Below, piece by piece: positions 51,086 through 64,000 of a stretch of 64,000 nt of DNA. Source of the stretch: Octopus vulgaris (Eukaryota); the NCBI GenBank assembly GCA_951406725.2, contig OX597819.1, forward strand, positions 25,048,001 through 25,112,000, written 5' to 3'. The number at the start of each line of letters is the position of its first letter. The stretch's first letter is position 1. Under the pieces are notes generated by a model, which was given only the letters and a program-made list of their open reading frames with translations, was not told where the DNA came from and searched no databases. The position numbers and the translations under genes are program-made.

Positions 51086-52088
51086 GTAAGTTATTCAGTT
51101 TATTTATTTCATTTATTGGTTTATTTGTTATTCTATTTGCTGCTTTTTAAATGTGTGTTTTTGAATTTTTTTTTTTTTTTCATGTTTTTAGTCAGTGGAT
51201 TCCAGTCAAGTTTGGGCACCGTCTGCCTGGGTTTAAAAATCCATTGTGTAGATTCCATTATTTATTTCAGCCTAGTATTTATTTCATGGATTTCTGTTGA
51301 ATCCGTTAACTTAAGGGATTCAGCAAAAATCCATGAAACCCATCACATGCATTGTGTGTGTTTTATAGAAGGGGTTCGTACTTCCCCTCATTTTCACATG
51401 TGTTCACTGGTTGTAAACAAATGGCCTTGCTGTTCATTCGGACAATGTCAATTTGCATGCAATCACCACAAAGCGCATATCCAGGTTTCTTGACATTCCT
51501 TGTCATGTTGTGCGATCTTTGTTGACAAAAAGACACCTTCACACGAAATCATTTACTTTCACTTCTTTGCGTAAACACGTTTGGCCTGTTTGTTGTTTGA
51601 TTGCTTGGGAGAGTATTACGGTTCATGGAATCGGGTAGGGATTGGTGTTGGAAAGGACAACTGGCTAGAAAACTCTACCTCTATGTGGACACTAGCCTGT
51701 CTCATGCAAGCATGGAAAAGTAGAGGTTAAAATGATCATGATGATGATACATATTTATATGTAGGTGTATACATATATATATACGCACATGGATCTTTGA
51801 GTTATTGAGAAAGCTACAAAAATTGCTATTACAAATATAAAATAAAAATTTTCACTTTTTCAGTACTCAACCCCCACCACACAGACACACACACACAAAG
51901 ACTTTTTTTTTTTTGTTATCAATGTTACAAAACCTATTTTTTTGTTAATATCCTTTTAAGCTATAAGTTGATAATCTTTGCTGAAGATGTAGTAACCATT
52001 TTGATTCCTGCCATAATCCCATCTTTAGTCTCAAGCATGTTCTGTCCTCGAATACTTTATCCAATGTGTCCTTTTTGAAAATCAATAA

Positions 52089-52251
52089 GACGTAGGAGTG
52101 GCTGTGTGGTAAATAGCTTGCTTACGAATCACATGGTTCTGGGTTCAGTCCCACTGCGTGGCACCTTGGGTAAGTGTCTTCTACTATAGCCTCCGTCCGA
52201 CCAAAGCCTTGTGAGTGGATTTGGTAGACGGAAACTGAAAGAAGCTTGTCG

Positions 52252-52298
<47 letters not shown>

Positions 52299-52510
52299 TT
52301 GTGTTTCTGTGTTTGTCCCCTCAACATCACTTGACAGCTGATGCTGGTGTGTTTATGTCTCCGTAACTTAGCCGTTCAGCAATAGAAACCAATAGAATAA
52401 GTACTAGGCTTACAAAGAATAAGTCCTGGGGTCGATTTGCTCGACTAAAGGCGGTGCTCCAGCATGGGCACAGTCAAATGACTGAAACAAGTAATAGGGC
52501 AAAAGAGTAA
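52089..52510 (+). mobile_element. SINE type A, full length
   Basis: Matches type A. Confidence 0.9.
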
Positions 52511-53154
52511 AGGTATAATAAATGGAGAATTTGACTGTTATTTTCAGTAGGTCAAGCAATCATTTAGAAGTTTTGTTGTTGGCTGAATTGACTATATTTG
52601 TTATTGTTGTTGTTGTTGTTTAATCCCAGCTTATTCCTGATTAAGCAAACTTGTTTTTCTATTCTTTTTCTTATTCCACTCATTGTACTGTGGCCATATT
52701 GGGGCACCACCCCATAGAGTTTAGTTGATCAAATTATCCTTAGTACTTATGAGGTGTATCATTCTATTAGTTTCTTTTTGCCAAGCCACTAAGTTATAAG
52801 GATGCAAACAAACCAACAGCAGTTGTCATGCAATAAGAGCCGAATACAAAGAACTCTCTCTCTCTCTGACACACACACACATATACACACATAGCATTTC
52901 CACACAGATTTTTTTCTCCTAGATATTTTCACTAAGTCCTTGGTCAGCTCAGGGCTTTTATATAATAGAAGATACTTGCTCAAGGTGCCATGTACTGGGA
53001 TTGAACTTAAAACACAACCATGCTTGCATCTAGCCATGATCAACTATATTCCCTCATCTTTTGCATCTCTGATGTGTGAGAGATTTAGTTGTAATGTATT
53101 GAGCAATCGAGCAATGTTATTGAAGCTCCATGATTTAACCCAGGTAAAAGAATA

Positions 53155-53543
53155 TGGATGGAAGCACTCCGTCGGTTACGACGATGAGGGTTCCGGTTGA
53201 TCCGAATCAACGGAACAGCCTGCTCGTGAAATTAACGTGTAAGTGGCTGAGCACTCCACAGACACGTGTACCCTTAACGTAGTTCTGAGGGATATTCAGC
53301 GTGACACAGAGAGTGACAAGGCCGGCCCCTTGAAATACAGGTACAACAGAAACAGGAAGTAAGAGTGAGAGAAAGTTGTGGTGAAAGAGTACAGCAGGGA
53401 TCACCACCATCCCTGCTGGAGCCTCGTGGAGCTTTTAGGTGTTTTCGCTCAATAAACACTCACAACGCCCGGTCTGGGAATCGAAACTGCGATCCTATGA
53501 CCGCGAGTCCGCTGCCCTAACCACTGGGCCATTGCGCCTCCAC
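53155..53543 (-). mobile_element. SINE type B, full length
   Basis: Reverse complement of 46737-47124. Confidence 0.9.
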
Positions 53544-54060
53544 AAAAATGAATATATGGAGAAGTTGTATCTTCAGTGTGGAATAATGCTGATTAAAACA
53601 TGTACATAAAACAACAACAAAAAAACTCTTTATAATCTCGGGTTTATAATCAAAATTATCAGTCTAATCTATTTGAGGTAATATACATTGTACTTCATCA
53701 TTTTGGCTTTGGCAGTATGTAGTATAGTGTTCTCAACATGTGTAGGATTAAGTTCATAGACCTTGTTCTATGGTCATAATCCTTTCTGACTGGACATTTC
53801 ATTGGTCACTTAGAAGGAAGTATTTCAAGAGAGATGTTTCAATAACCATAAGAGGTAGTTTCCAATGAGTTTATTATAAGTTAAACAAGTGAATATATAG
53901 AGGACCAAACAAAATTGTACTTGCTTTATTTATTGTTGTGGCTGTCGTCATTTTACTTCAGGTCACTACTGATTGAATAGCCAGACCTATGGTCAAAGCA
54001 ACAACCATCTTGCCCTCAATTTTTATTTACTTACTTATTCAATTATCTATTTGTTTCTTC

Positions 54061-54268
54061 ACTCTTTTACTTGTTTCAGTCCATTTGACTGCGGCCATGC
54101 TGGAGCACCGCCTTTAGTCGAGCAACTCGACCTCGGGACTTATTCTTTTTATAAGCCCAGTACTTATTCTATCGGTCTCTTTTTGCCGAACCGCTAAGTG
54201 ACGGGGACGTAAACACACCAGCATCGGTTGTCAAGCAATGCTAGGGGGACAAACACAGACACACAAAC

Positions 54269-54299
<31 letters not shown>

Positions 54300-54465
54300 C
54301 ATATATACGACAGGCTTCCTTCAGTTTCCGTCTACCAAATCCACTCACAAGGCATTGGTCGGCCCGGGGCTATAGCAGAGGACACTTGCCCAAGATGCCA
54401 CGCAGTGGGACTGAACCCGGAACCATGTGGTTGGTTAGCAAGCTACTTACCACACAGCTACTCCT
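54061..54465 (-). mobile_element. SINE type A, full length
   Basis: Reverse complement of type A. Confidence 0.9.
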
Positions 54466-55140
54466 TTGTTTCTTTTCTTTTTTTTGTTAGGCATACCATA
54501 TCTAGGACTACCTTATCCTTTTATTTAAAAGTGATAAGATAAGATATGATATGAGCTATTTCTAGCAACTGAAGTGACCACATTGGCTTGTGTTTAATTT
54601 ATGTGTGCGAGGGAAGTCTTGTTGTTCAATATAGACCTCTAAGTTGGTGCAGCTTAGTGGAGGTGTGTGTGCATACATGTGCATTAGGGAGTATATATAC
54701 ATGTTTGCATTTGTATGCATGTATACTAGTGTCAGTTACATTTTTTTACCCCGCTCTGAAATGTGATATTCTCCTCTTAGTCTAGCATTAAAAAAGTTTC
54801 AACTTTTATACCAGTTGGACTAAATGTAATTAAAGTAAAGCCTATTGCTGGATATGAAGGAAAGAGCAGTATCCCATGGCCTTCACAGTTCCTCTGAGGC
54901 TGGTGAGATTGATGCTGTTAATGTTCCTCTCCAACCATTGTAAGTAACATCCGTGGGAAAGAGGATAGGGAACTCAAGAGAATTGATGTTCTGAGAAGAA
55001 AGGACTGGCATAGGGATTAGTGTGGGGTGCCAAGGATGTTGGACACAAAACAAGGCAGGTTACAAACCAGAGGAAGAAAGACAAGCAGGGTGGGAAATGG
55101 AAATGACAGGAACTTGGCTACTTCCAGTGAGCAGAGAACA

Positions 55141-55188
<48 letters not shown>

Positions 55189-55420
55189 AAGGTGGCGAGC
55201 TGGTTGAATTGTTAGCAAGCCGGGTGAAATGCTTAGCGGTATTTTGTCTGCCGTTATGGTCTGAGTTCAAATTCCGCCGAGGTCGACTTTGCCTTTCATC
55301 CTTTCGGGGTCGATAAATTAAGTACCAGTTATGCACTGGGGTCGATGTAATCGACTTAATCCCTTTGTCTGTCCTTGTTTGTCCCCTTTATGTTTAGCTC
55401 CTTGTGGGCAATAAAGAAAT

Positions 55421-55423
<3 letters not shown>
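55189..55423 (+). mobile_element. SINE type D inserted in (AGT)n
   Basis: A full unit with (AGT)n on both sides. Confidence 0.9.
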
Positions 55424-55453
<30 letters not shown>

Positions 55454-56628
55454 ACAAAGCAAGGAGAGGAGATTGTATGTTCGTGGCTAGAAACTGAAAC
55501 ACATCTGTGAGTGACTTTATGTCAGGTGAGCTTTTCTGGTTACAGTTTAGGGATGTCTGCATGTGTATAATGGTAACTGTACTCTCCTTCATATGGAAGC
55601 AATACTCTCTGGTGAGCTTCACCTGAGTATCTAGAGTGTCAATAATTGTTTGGGGATGAAATATTTTCTGGCTTTGAAAAAAATGCCCATAGTTTTCTAA
55701 ACAATGGATCTAGAGACATAGTCTTTACTGATACATTAATACTAATAGCATGTGTTTGTATGTGTGTATGTACTGTGTTTTCTAGCATGCAAGTTAACAT
55801 GCTATATAGTAGTGTAAGCATTGAAACACCACCACTATCTTTTCAAATCTTGGTGCATTTTGCATGGAATAAGTCATCTTCATGTATTAGTTGATCTACC
55901 ATTTTTGGCTGAGAATTTTGGCCTGAAAAATCTGAATTGTATACTGGAAAATACAGTATTTATGTATTTGTGGGACCAAATATAAATGTTAGTTTAGTCT
56001 GAGTTTAGTCTAAGTTGTTCCATATATTTAAACAGGATGCTTTACTCCTCCAGTTTAATGAAGTCAATGTTTATTGTGAGTGTGTGTGCATGTGTGTGTG
56101 TGTGTGTATAAGATGTGTCAATATTATTTTTAGGGAATTCTACTTATTCAGTTATACTCTAACATTACAAGCTGTTTGGCTGATAGCTCCTTATTCAGAC
56201 TAGGCTACAGTTGATTTGACATCAGGCAGATGCATGCATATATGCCTGTATGTTGTTTGTATGTGTATATATGCATGTATGTTGTATTTATGTATATATA
56301 AACTCATCTATATACACACTCCTGTACACACAGAATATGAAATCTAATGAGGACTGAGGATATCACTTAATGCCGACTGCAAGACGCAAATGCTATATAG
56401 AATGCTATATAATAGAATGCTATAGAAAGCCTAATAAGCTCTTGACTGAATTCTAAATGATATTGTGTGTGTGCACACATGCTCATGTGAAAATACACAC
56501 ATATATACATACATACACACACACATATCATAATGTACACACATATATACACTCACTTGTGCAGATACATGTTTTTTTATAGCATGCAACCAAGCCACGT
56601 TCTATTCTACATGCATGTGTGTGTACAT

Positions 56629-56629
<1 letters not shown>

Positions 56630-56719
<90 letters not shown>
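56630..56719. repeat. (CA)n microsatellite, about 45 units
   Basis: Directly visible. Confidence 0.95.
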
Positions 56720-56720
<1 letters not shown>

Positions 56721-57710
56721 CTATATGTACATAAATAGATATATATTTAAATCAATAACAACAAATTAGCTAAGCTTGATTCCACCTCTTGATAAATAAA
56801 ATAACATCAAACTAAAATCCTATTTTATGGAATAAGTGGGTGGTTAAAGAATTGATTAAGGTAAGTTCTGGTACAAGAACTCTTTTCTACTTGTGTTCAG
56901 CAGACAGTGAAGGAGAATTCTTTTTTTAAGAGAAATCTTTTCATCATCACATTCCATTCTTGTTTTTTTCCTTTTATTATGTTGCTATTTTTGTTTAGAG
57001 TTGCTATCATGTTTTTTTTTGTTTAACTATAAACTCTAATCTCTAAACTGTAGTTTTAGCACAGTCCTAGGCTGTATTAGTAAATCTATTGATTTCAAAC
57101 AAAGTATGAGGTCTCCAATTTAGAGATTAGGTATGATCAGTTTATACTGACCACCCCACCTCAGTATTTGACTGGTACTTCAGTTTATTGAATACCCCAC
57201 CACTAGAAGAATGAAATGCAAAATTGCCTCTTGTGGAATCTGAATTAAAAAGGAATCTTTTTAAAGTTATTTTTTATCAATCTGTTCCATACATTACAGC
57301 CAAGTCTTCAGTTTGAAGATAACTTTCTCACATCCACCCACCAATACTGAAGGCTCTGAAAGGCTGTTGGCACAGGATTTCCTCTTCTTTTAAGCTCATG
57401 TATATTTGTATGTTTAGCATTGAGTGTCAGCAGAAAGAGTAGTGGAAGTCTGCATTATGTTCAATTGTCTGCTCTAGAACATTTTCTATGGCAAGATGCT
57501 CTTCCTGACGCCAAGCACTTCACAGAATGTAATAGATGCCTTTCTTCATAGCACCAACACTATTGAGGTCACCATGTAACTTCCAAGACTAAGATCCCCT
57601 TTGATCAAGTAAGACTATGGAAGAGAAGGTGGCAAGTTTTATGCTATGTGATGAAAGACTTAAGTGACATAAATGTCCAGAACAGGTTTCTTGCTGTATA
57701 TATGTATATG

Positions 57711-57747
<37 letters not shown>

Positions 57748-59004
57748 TTAATGCACACACATATACATACACACACATATGACAGGTTTCGTACTGTTTC
57801 CATGTACCAAAATTTGCTTACATGGCATTCATTGTCTTGTGGCTTCAGCAGGAGACATTTGCCTAAGGTCCTAAGGTGCTGCATGGTAGAACTGAACTCT
57901 GAACCACATATTTGAGAAGCAAACTTCTCAACCACACCACACAGTCGTGCCTGTGCCTTATAAATACATCCATATTTTTACATTCATTTCCCTGTCAATG
58001 AGTTGGACATTACAATATTCTTTGATAGGGATTTTGTTTCAACTAATTTATTCTTATTCATCTAGATTCATAAAAGCAATTCATGTGACATCCTACTCAA
58101 CAACAAACTCTGCTGATTATACATATTGGTCTGTTAAATCAACTAACTGGTAGTACCCTTTGTAGTTCTGTATATTCTACTAAATATTCTAAATATTTCT
58201 TTATCATTGGCTCATCTGTGAGCAGTAAGAGAATGATAGATACTATGCTCCTTGCTATTTGTCTCAACAACATTCACACAAAGAAAATCATGAACCATAA
58301 ACTCTTAAGGCATTCATTCACAGCTGTGTTTGTTAGTTAAGAATATTACATGCATCTGAGCTAATGAAGGTCATTAGACCTGCTTAAAATAACAGTCAAA
58401 TCTCCTTCAATTTCCAACCCCCTATTTTTAAAAGGGATACATTTTGATAATGCATTTTGTCTGGAAAAAAAAAACATGATGGTTATGCCTAGAATGCTTT
58501 TGATCATAGTTCTATTCAATCATGGCTATCTATCTTGGTACTAAACACCAAGTGCTTATACTGCATACAGAATCTAGAGGAAGTTACACACTATCACCAA
58601 CAAGTGAAACACAAACATCATAGAAACAAAGTAAAGATTAACTCTATGTATTACATTTCCTGTAAGCTTTGTTACTCTCAAAATGACAGACAGGTAGTCT
58701 TTTTGATCCTTTGATAAAACTGTCTTCACTAACTTTTCAAAATTAATCACACACACTATTCTTTAAACATGATAGTTCTGGAAGTTGCACATTTGCTGTC
58801 CACATTTCTTGCAACTTTACAACTTTATACCACAAAACATTTAACAAACTCTCTTCCTCTTACCACAATGTTTACACAATGTATGCCAAGTGACCCAACA
58901 AAGTAACTAGCCAAACATTGTATTTCAGAGCTATCTCTTATCCTTATTACACTTGTCAATATTTCTCTCTTTACTGGGAACTAACTCCAGAAACATACAC
59001 TGGT

Positions 59005-59545
59005 GTGTCTCCTTCCCAAGAAAGGAACTGAGAATCAGACACCCACGAAGGCAACTCATCTCACTATGACAATTACTTCCATATCAATTCAACCATCTCA
59101 AAGATTATGGAAACTTTTGTAAACAACCACTTCTTTCATCTCCTTCAATTTCTCCCCTTCAGAGCAGTTTCTGTAGAACCAGAGCCACAAAACACTTAGA
59201 CTTCACAAAACACAATAATGGTCTCTTTTGAGAATTTTTCCAAAAGAAATTTTGTTATTCTTAACATCAGCAGAGCCTTCAACTGTGACTGGCTTGATAA
59301 CCTAGTTATCGTAAGTTGCTTGCTTATGGGCTTTGCCCTGTCCTCATCTTTTGAATCTAAAGTTTTCCAGGAGATTGTTCCATTGTAGTGTGTACTGATA
59401 GGGCTTTCTCCAATATACATTTCCTCCACTTTATTCTACTATAACTTTCAGTTATGTCTTTCACAGTCTTTTTTTTTTTTTGTACATTAATGATATAAAC
59501 CACACATATTCTTATACCGATGATACCACCCTCCACTCCTTAACA
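59005..59545 (+). pseudogene. Heavily decayed LINE reverse-transcriptase remnant (CR1/Jockey-like)
   Basis: Motif relics occur in the expected order across frames: LLPKKG, NSTISKIMETFVNN, LNISRAFNCDW (LDISKAFDxVW-like), FLYIND and SYTDDTTLH (YADD-like). Confidence 0.7.
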
Positions 59546-59915
59546 TTCTACTGCTGGAGACCTTAAAAGCATCTTTGGGGACTTGTAAAACTTATAAACC
59601 TGATCTTTTTTTTAACAGTACTGTAACTATACACATTAAAGAAACAGTCTTGTACTATTCTCTTCTCAGACACTACACAACAATAGCTTTCAATGTTATT
59701 ACAAATGCCCTCTTATACTTTCCAAAGGAAACCTCACATAAATCATATTGTGAAGTCTGAATTTTAAAAAGTATGGATTTTTTTTTTCTTCTGAATTAAG
59801 AAATACTTATAGATAATTTACAAAAATATATGTAGATATATTGATAATGTCCAAGGGAAATCTTGTTAAAGTTAATAAGTGTAAGTATACACATAATAAG
59901 AAGAGCACAGAATTA

Positions 59916-60334
59916 TCTTCTCTATATATAAACGGCAGTTTGTCTGTTTGTGTGTCTGTCAGGTTGTACCCTCACCCTGACCATGGCTTTCAACCGATTC
60001 TGATGAAACTTGACACACACATAGTGTCATAATTCAAAACTAACGCAGCGAAAATTTTGAAAAGTTCCCCCAGTTCTGAAAAAAATCGATAAATTCGAGA
60101 TGGGGTCGAGAATCTAAGCTTTTTATATGCAACACATTTTCTGTTGTAGTTTTTGCAACTTGCATTCGGGAGACAGCTAGGAACATCGTATACACAGAAG
60201 TATTCGAGTGAAGAGAAGACATTGCAACCTACACATGCGCCTTCGTTTCCTAGAGGGAAAGAACTAGATTGGGATTAGTTGTTGCCTACTAGGGGCTCTT
60301 ACATACCCCGGGCAACGCCGGGCTATGCTGCTAG
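59916..60334 (+). mobile_element. Non-autonomous Helitron
   Basis: A|TCTTCTCTATATATAAA...CCCGGGCAACGCCGGG hairpin...CTAG|T. Confidence 0.88.
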
Positions 60335-62821
60335 TATGTAATAAATAGAGATTAACTTTACTGAATGAAACAATATTTTGATAGCATCTCTATCTTCTTG
60401 AGGTTCAAAATGAAAAAATATGCAGGATTACATAGATTCAAAATTTGAACTAGAATATATTGTATATCTTTCTAGACAAAATGACATCATCAGTTTTTGC
60501 TTGTTCATAACTGGTAACAAGGAAACGAGAAAAAAAAAAAAGAAAGAGAAAGAAAAAAAAAACAGGAAAGAGAACACTTGGTGAAAAGTTTTGCATAAAT
60601 ATGCAGGAATTCTCCTGCCTCTTTGTTCATTCCTCCAGGGTGTGATGTCAGTAATATACAAATATATTTACCCTCATGTGTTCTGAGGACAGAAATTGCA
60701 GTGGAGCCAGAATTTTTTCTGAGAATGTGTAATTTCAGGTGATACTCAAATTTACAGCTGCTTCGTGTAAAATGTTTGGCACATTCTTCATGTTACTGTT
60801 ATTGAGCCTGACATCATCATACCTTGCCAACTGAATTTTTATTTAATTTTTCTATTGTGCAACCAGCATCAATTGAATCATGTTTGGTGCATTCTTACAG
60901 GTCCCACCTTCTGTATTAATCATAACATTTCTGTTATAATTTGTGCTAAAGTTGACTTGATTCATGTTGTTGCACAATTAACAGGACTTAGCTCCCTCGT
61001 GGCTGTTTTTAGGGATACAGCATTCAGAAACTTCAAGTTTTTATTGTAATTAGATGTACTGGTTAATAGTTCTCATATTTTTATCGAGTCTAAAGGCTAC
61101 AATATACAAATGAGAAAATATTTGTTTGCAATGAGGATATTTTTCTGCAATATGTTGGTAACTGTCATACAACACTAGCAAAATTTTGGCACCAGTTAAT
61201 CACTAAAGACATTAAGTCATAAATTTTACTTTGACTGTTAAAATTAGGATTTTGAAATTTTGATTTTCATTGGTAATTTTGGCCATGTAGTTGTGATTTT
61301 TAAAAATTGCAATTCACTATAACTGCATTTAAGATAACAGCACAAAAGTATTTACATATCTTCAATAATCCCCTGTGTCAATTACAAATCCATTTTATCT
61401 TAAAAAACTGAGACTTTTGATTTAGTGTAATTGTATGATACAGATGATCAGAGTAACACTGAAGATAACTGTAGGATGGTCTAGGTTTCCAGAATAACTC
61501 TGTCAGTATGTAACCTTCTGAAAACTTAACATTTGTGTCCAAAAATTCGACACTAATTTAAAAAAAAAAACTTGATGAGAATTTTATGTTGGATAAGCTG
61601 TCACAGAAATGCAAAACCTAAACTAAACTATCCTGCATTTCTTCCCAGGCATAAAAAGATGTCACCAGTGAACCATAACTAGAGTATCAGTTCATGGCAA
61701 TGTCGTGATTTGAATGTCTTCATTAACTGTGTCTCAGATTTTGTCATGAAGATGTTAGTGAAACTAACTGCCATGGCACATCCCTTTGGTGGTAAAATTT
61801 CAGGCAAACTTCATTATGTTACTTTGTAACACAAACTTCAGTAATTTACAAAGAAAATTTGATAGAATACTTTTGTTTTGACCATTTTTCAAAAGAATTC
61901 ATGTATGCTTCCACCCCCTCATAAATGTTGGAGTATAGAGAATAAACATCCATGGTTGCCAAAAAACAGTTTTCAGTACTATTTTGATGCTTAGGAAAAT
62001 TGTTAATTTATTTATCACATGGTACACACTCTTCTTATTGTAGTTTTACCTTCTTGAAGAGTTATATCAATGTTCATAAATTATCAAAGTTAAGTGTAAG
62101 TATATTGATATTAATAGTGGGTGTTGGTGGTGGTAGTGTAAATAAATAAAGGAACAGTGTTATGAATAATCAGTGGGTAAGGGTGAAGTTAAATAGACAT
62201 AGGTGTAGCAATATTAATGTTGAGAAAATAGTGTTAAAAATAAAGGTTTAGTGAATGGAGTTTGAAAGGTATAGATGGCATTTGAGAAAATGTTTTTTTT
62301 TTTTTTTTTGCTAAAATCATAATTGATGCTTTACTAAAACATTTGCTAAAATTATAATAGATTGTTGAAACTCATTATTTTCCCCACTGAAATTCACTTG
62401 ATATGACTGTCTGATGTTTTGCTCAACAGTTTTTGCTCTTCCTTTTCCTAAATATGCATCTCTCCATAACTTTCTCCATCTACATTTGGAACAGTTCAAA
62501 CTGAATGTTTCACATAATCTCATTCACTTAGTCCCATTTTCAAATTTTAAAAAGCTTTATAATATTCTGTGCACTATGGCATCTCCATTGACTTATTAAT
62601 GAAAACAACATTAATGTCAGCAACAAAAAGATCCTTTAGCTACTCAAAGATAGAATTAATGATATGAAGCAGAGAACTGAAAACAAAAGACCTAGTTGCA
62701 GTTACAGAAAATGAGTTGAGTATAACTCATTGGTAGGCACCAAGGACTTGAGAGTCAGAATGTCAGCCCTCTGGAATTGTCTCTCAGCTTATGTCACACA
62801 CACATTAATGGCATCATGCTA

Positions 62822-63208
62822 GTGGAGGCGCAATGGCCCAGTGGTTAGGGCAGCGGACTCGCAGTCATAGGATCGCGGTTTCGATCCCCAGACTGTGCGT
62901 TGTGAGTGTTTATTGAGCGAAAACACCTAAAGCTCCACGAGGCTCTGGCAGGGATGGTGGTGATCCCTGCTGTACTCTTTCACCACAACTTTCTCTCACT
63001 CTTACTTCCTGTTTCTGTTGTACCTGTATTTCAAAGGGCCGGGCTTGTCACTCTCTGTGTCACGCTGAATATCCCCGAGAACTACGTTAAAGGTACACGT
63101 GTCTGTGGAGTGTTCAGCCACTTACACATTAATTTCATGAGCAGGCTGTTCCGTTGATCGGATCAACCGGAAACCTCGTCGTCGTAACCGACGGAGTGCT
63201 TCCATCCA
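62822..63208 (+). mobile_element. SINE type B, full length
   Basis: Matches 46737-47124. Confidence 0.9.
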
Positions 63209-64000
63209 TTAGACTTTAACACTAAAGTGAATGCTAGCTTACTTGACGTTATCAGACAAAAAATGTGCTTGTATACACTTTGCTATTAAGTTATCATGCA
63301 GTTGGCATCTCTGAGCATTTTTCTGTTGTCACTGGCATAATACTCTTATAGTGAAATTTCTTAGTAAAAACATTAAATATGCTAAATAGAAATAAATAAG
63401 AGGTGAAAAACATGAAAATATATTTGGTTAATGATTAATATTATTTATAATTTTAGGGTAAGTATGGGAGTTAACTCTGGGCAAGCTTTTGTTGTATTCT
63501 GATCTCTTCGGCAAAGCACATCTCACATTGTACTTGCTGAAGCAGGAATTAAAGTGCTGAATATATACATTGTAATGTTGCTGACAGTAACAGGTCATTA
63601 TGTTGATGATGATGATGTTGATGTTGATAGTTGCATTTAATACTGGGCGAATTATTTAAGGGATAGTACATGTGGATAGGATAAATTGTGATATGGATAA
63701 AATTAAAGATTTGGAGTGTATGCATTAATTGTTTATTTAAACTATGTTGGTGTGAAGGGGACACGCACACACACAAAAATGTGTGTGTGTGTGTGCATTT
63801 GTAGACTTGTATAGAGACACACCTGGGTAAATATTATATGCATCAGCTCATTAAACTGTTTTCCTTTTATGTCCGTGTGCTTAAGAACACTTTGATCTGA
63901 TTAAGTATGCTTTGATCTCTTTCTCTCCTCTCTTCCTCTCTTTTCCTTTTTGCAGTCCTTTCTCCTTTGAGTGTATGTGAATGTTTTCTAACCATTTTCC

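Noticed and set aside
60700-61900. Possible decayed Helitron helicase relics (PFGGKIFRQT at about 61783 on +, an IFSHLYIVAFR-like stretch at about 61090-61135 on -)
   Set aside because: The motifs are short, gapped and on opposite strands. I cannot distinguish them from chance without tBLASTn or an HMM search.
63910-64000. Polypyrimidine tract plus TGCAG at 63951-63955 as the next exon acceptor
   Set aside because: The phase-1 continuation reads VLSPLSVCECFLTIF, which is not Sema-like. The window ends too soon to judge.

Overview
This is AT-rich, microsatellite-dense animal genomic DNA. The repeat landscape suggests a cephalopod, probably Octopus; that is inferred, not verified. Almost all ORFs in the supplied track are microsatellite or SINE artefacts. 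I can support one real coding exon: a signal-peptide exon at 50941-51085 (+) ending in a phase-1 GTAAG donor. Its mature N-terminus (DYRYISYD) resembles semaphorin-5, so most of the window is probably upstream or intronic sequence of that gene. The rest is mobile-element derived: at least four tRNA-headed SINE types (labelled A-D here) with swapped modules, a (GAT)n-tailed element (E) with a variable tandem array of pseudoknot-like units, an (AAT)n-associated element, two non-autonomous Helitrons, two TTAA piggyBac-like MITEs, a DD36E Tc1 remnant, a mariner deletion derivative, two CR1/Jockey-like LINE fragments and several foldback elements sitting in (TA)n tracts. The best leads are the repeated H-type pseudoknot in element E, a locally generated 149-bp inverted SINE duplication, and a templated insertion between two SINE-D copies. 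All alignments and folds were done by eye. No novel system is proven from sequence alone.
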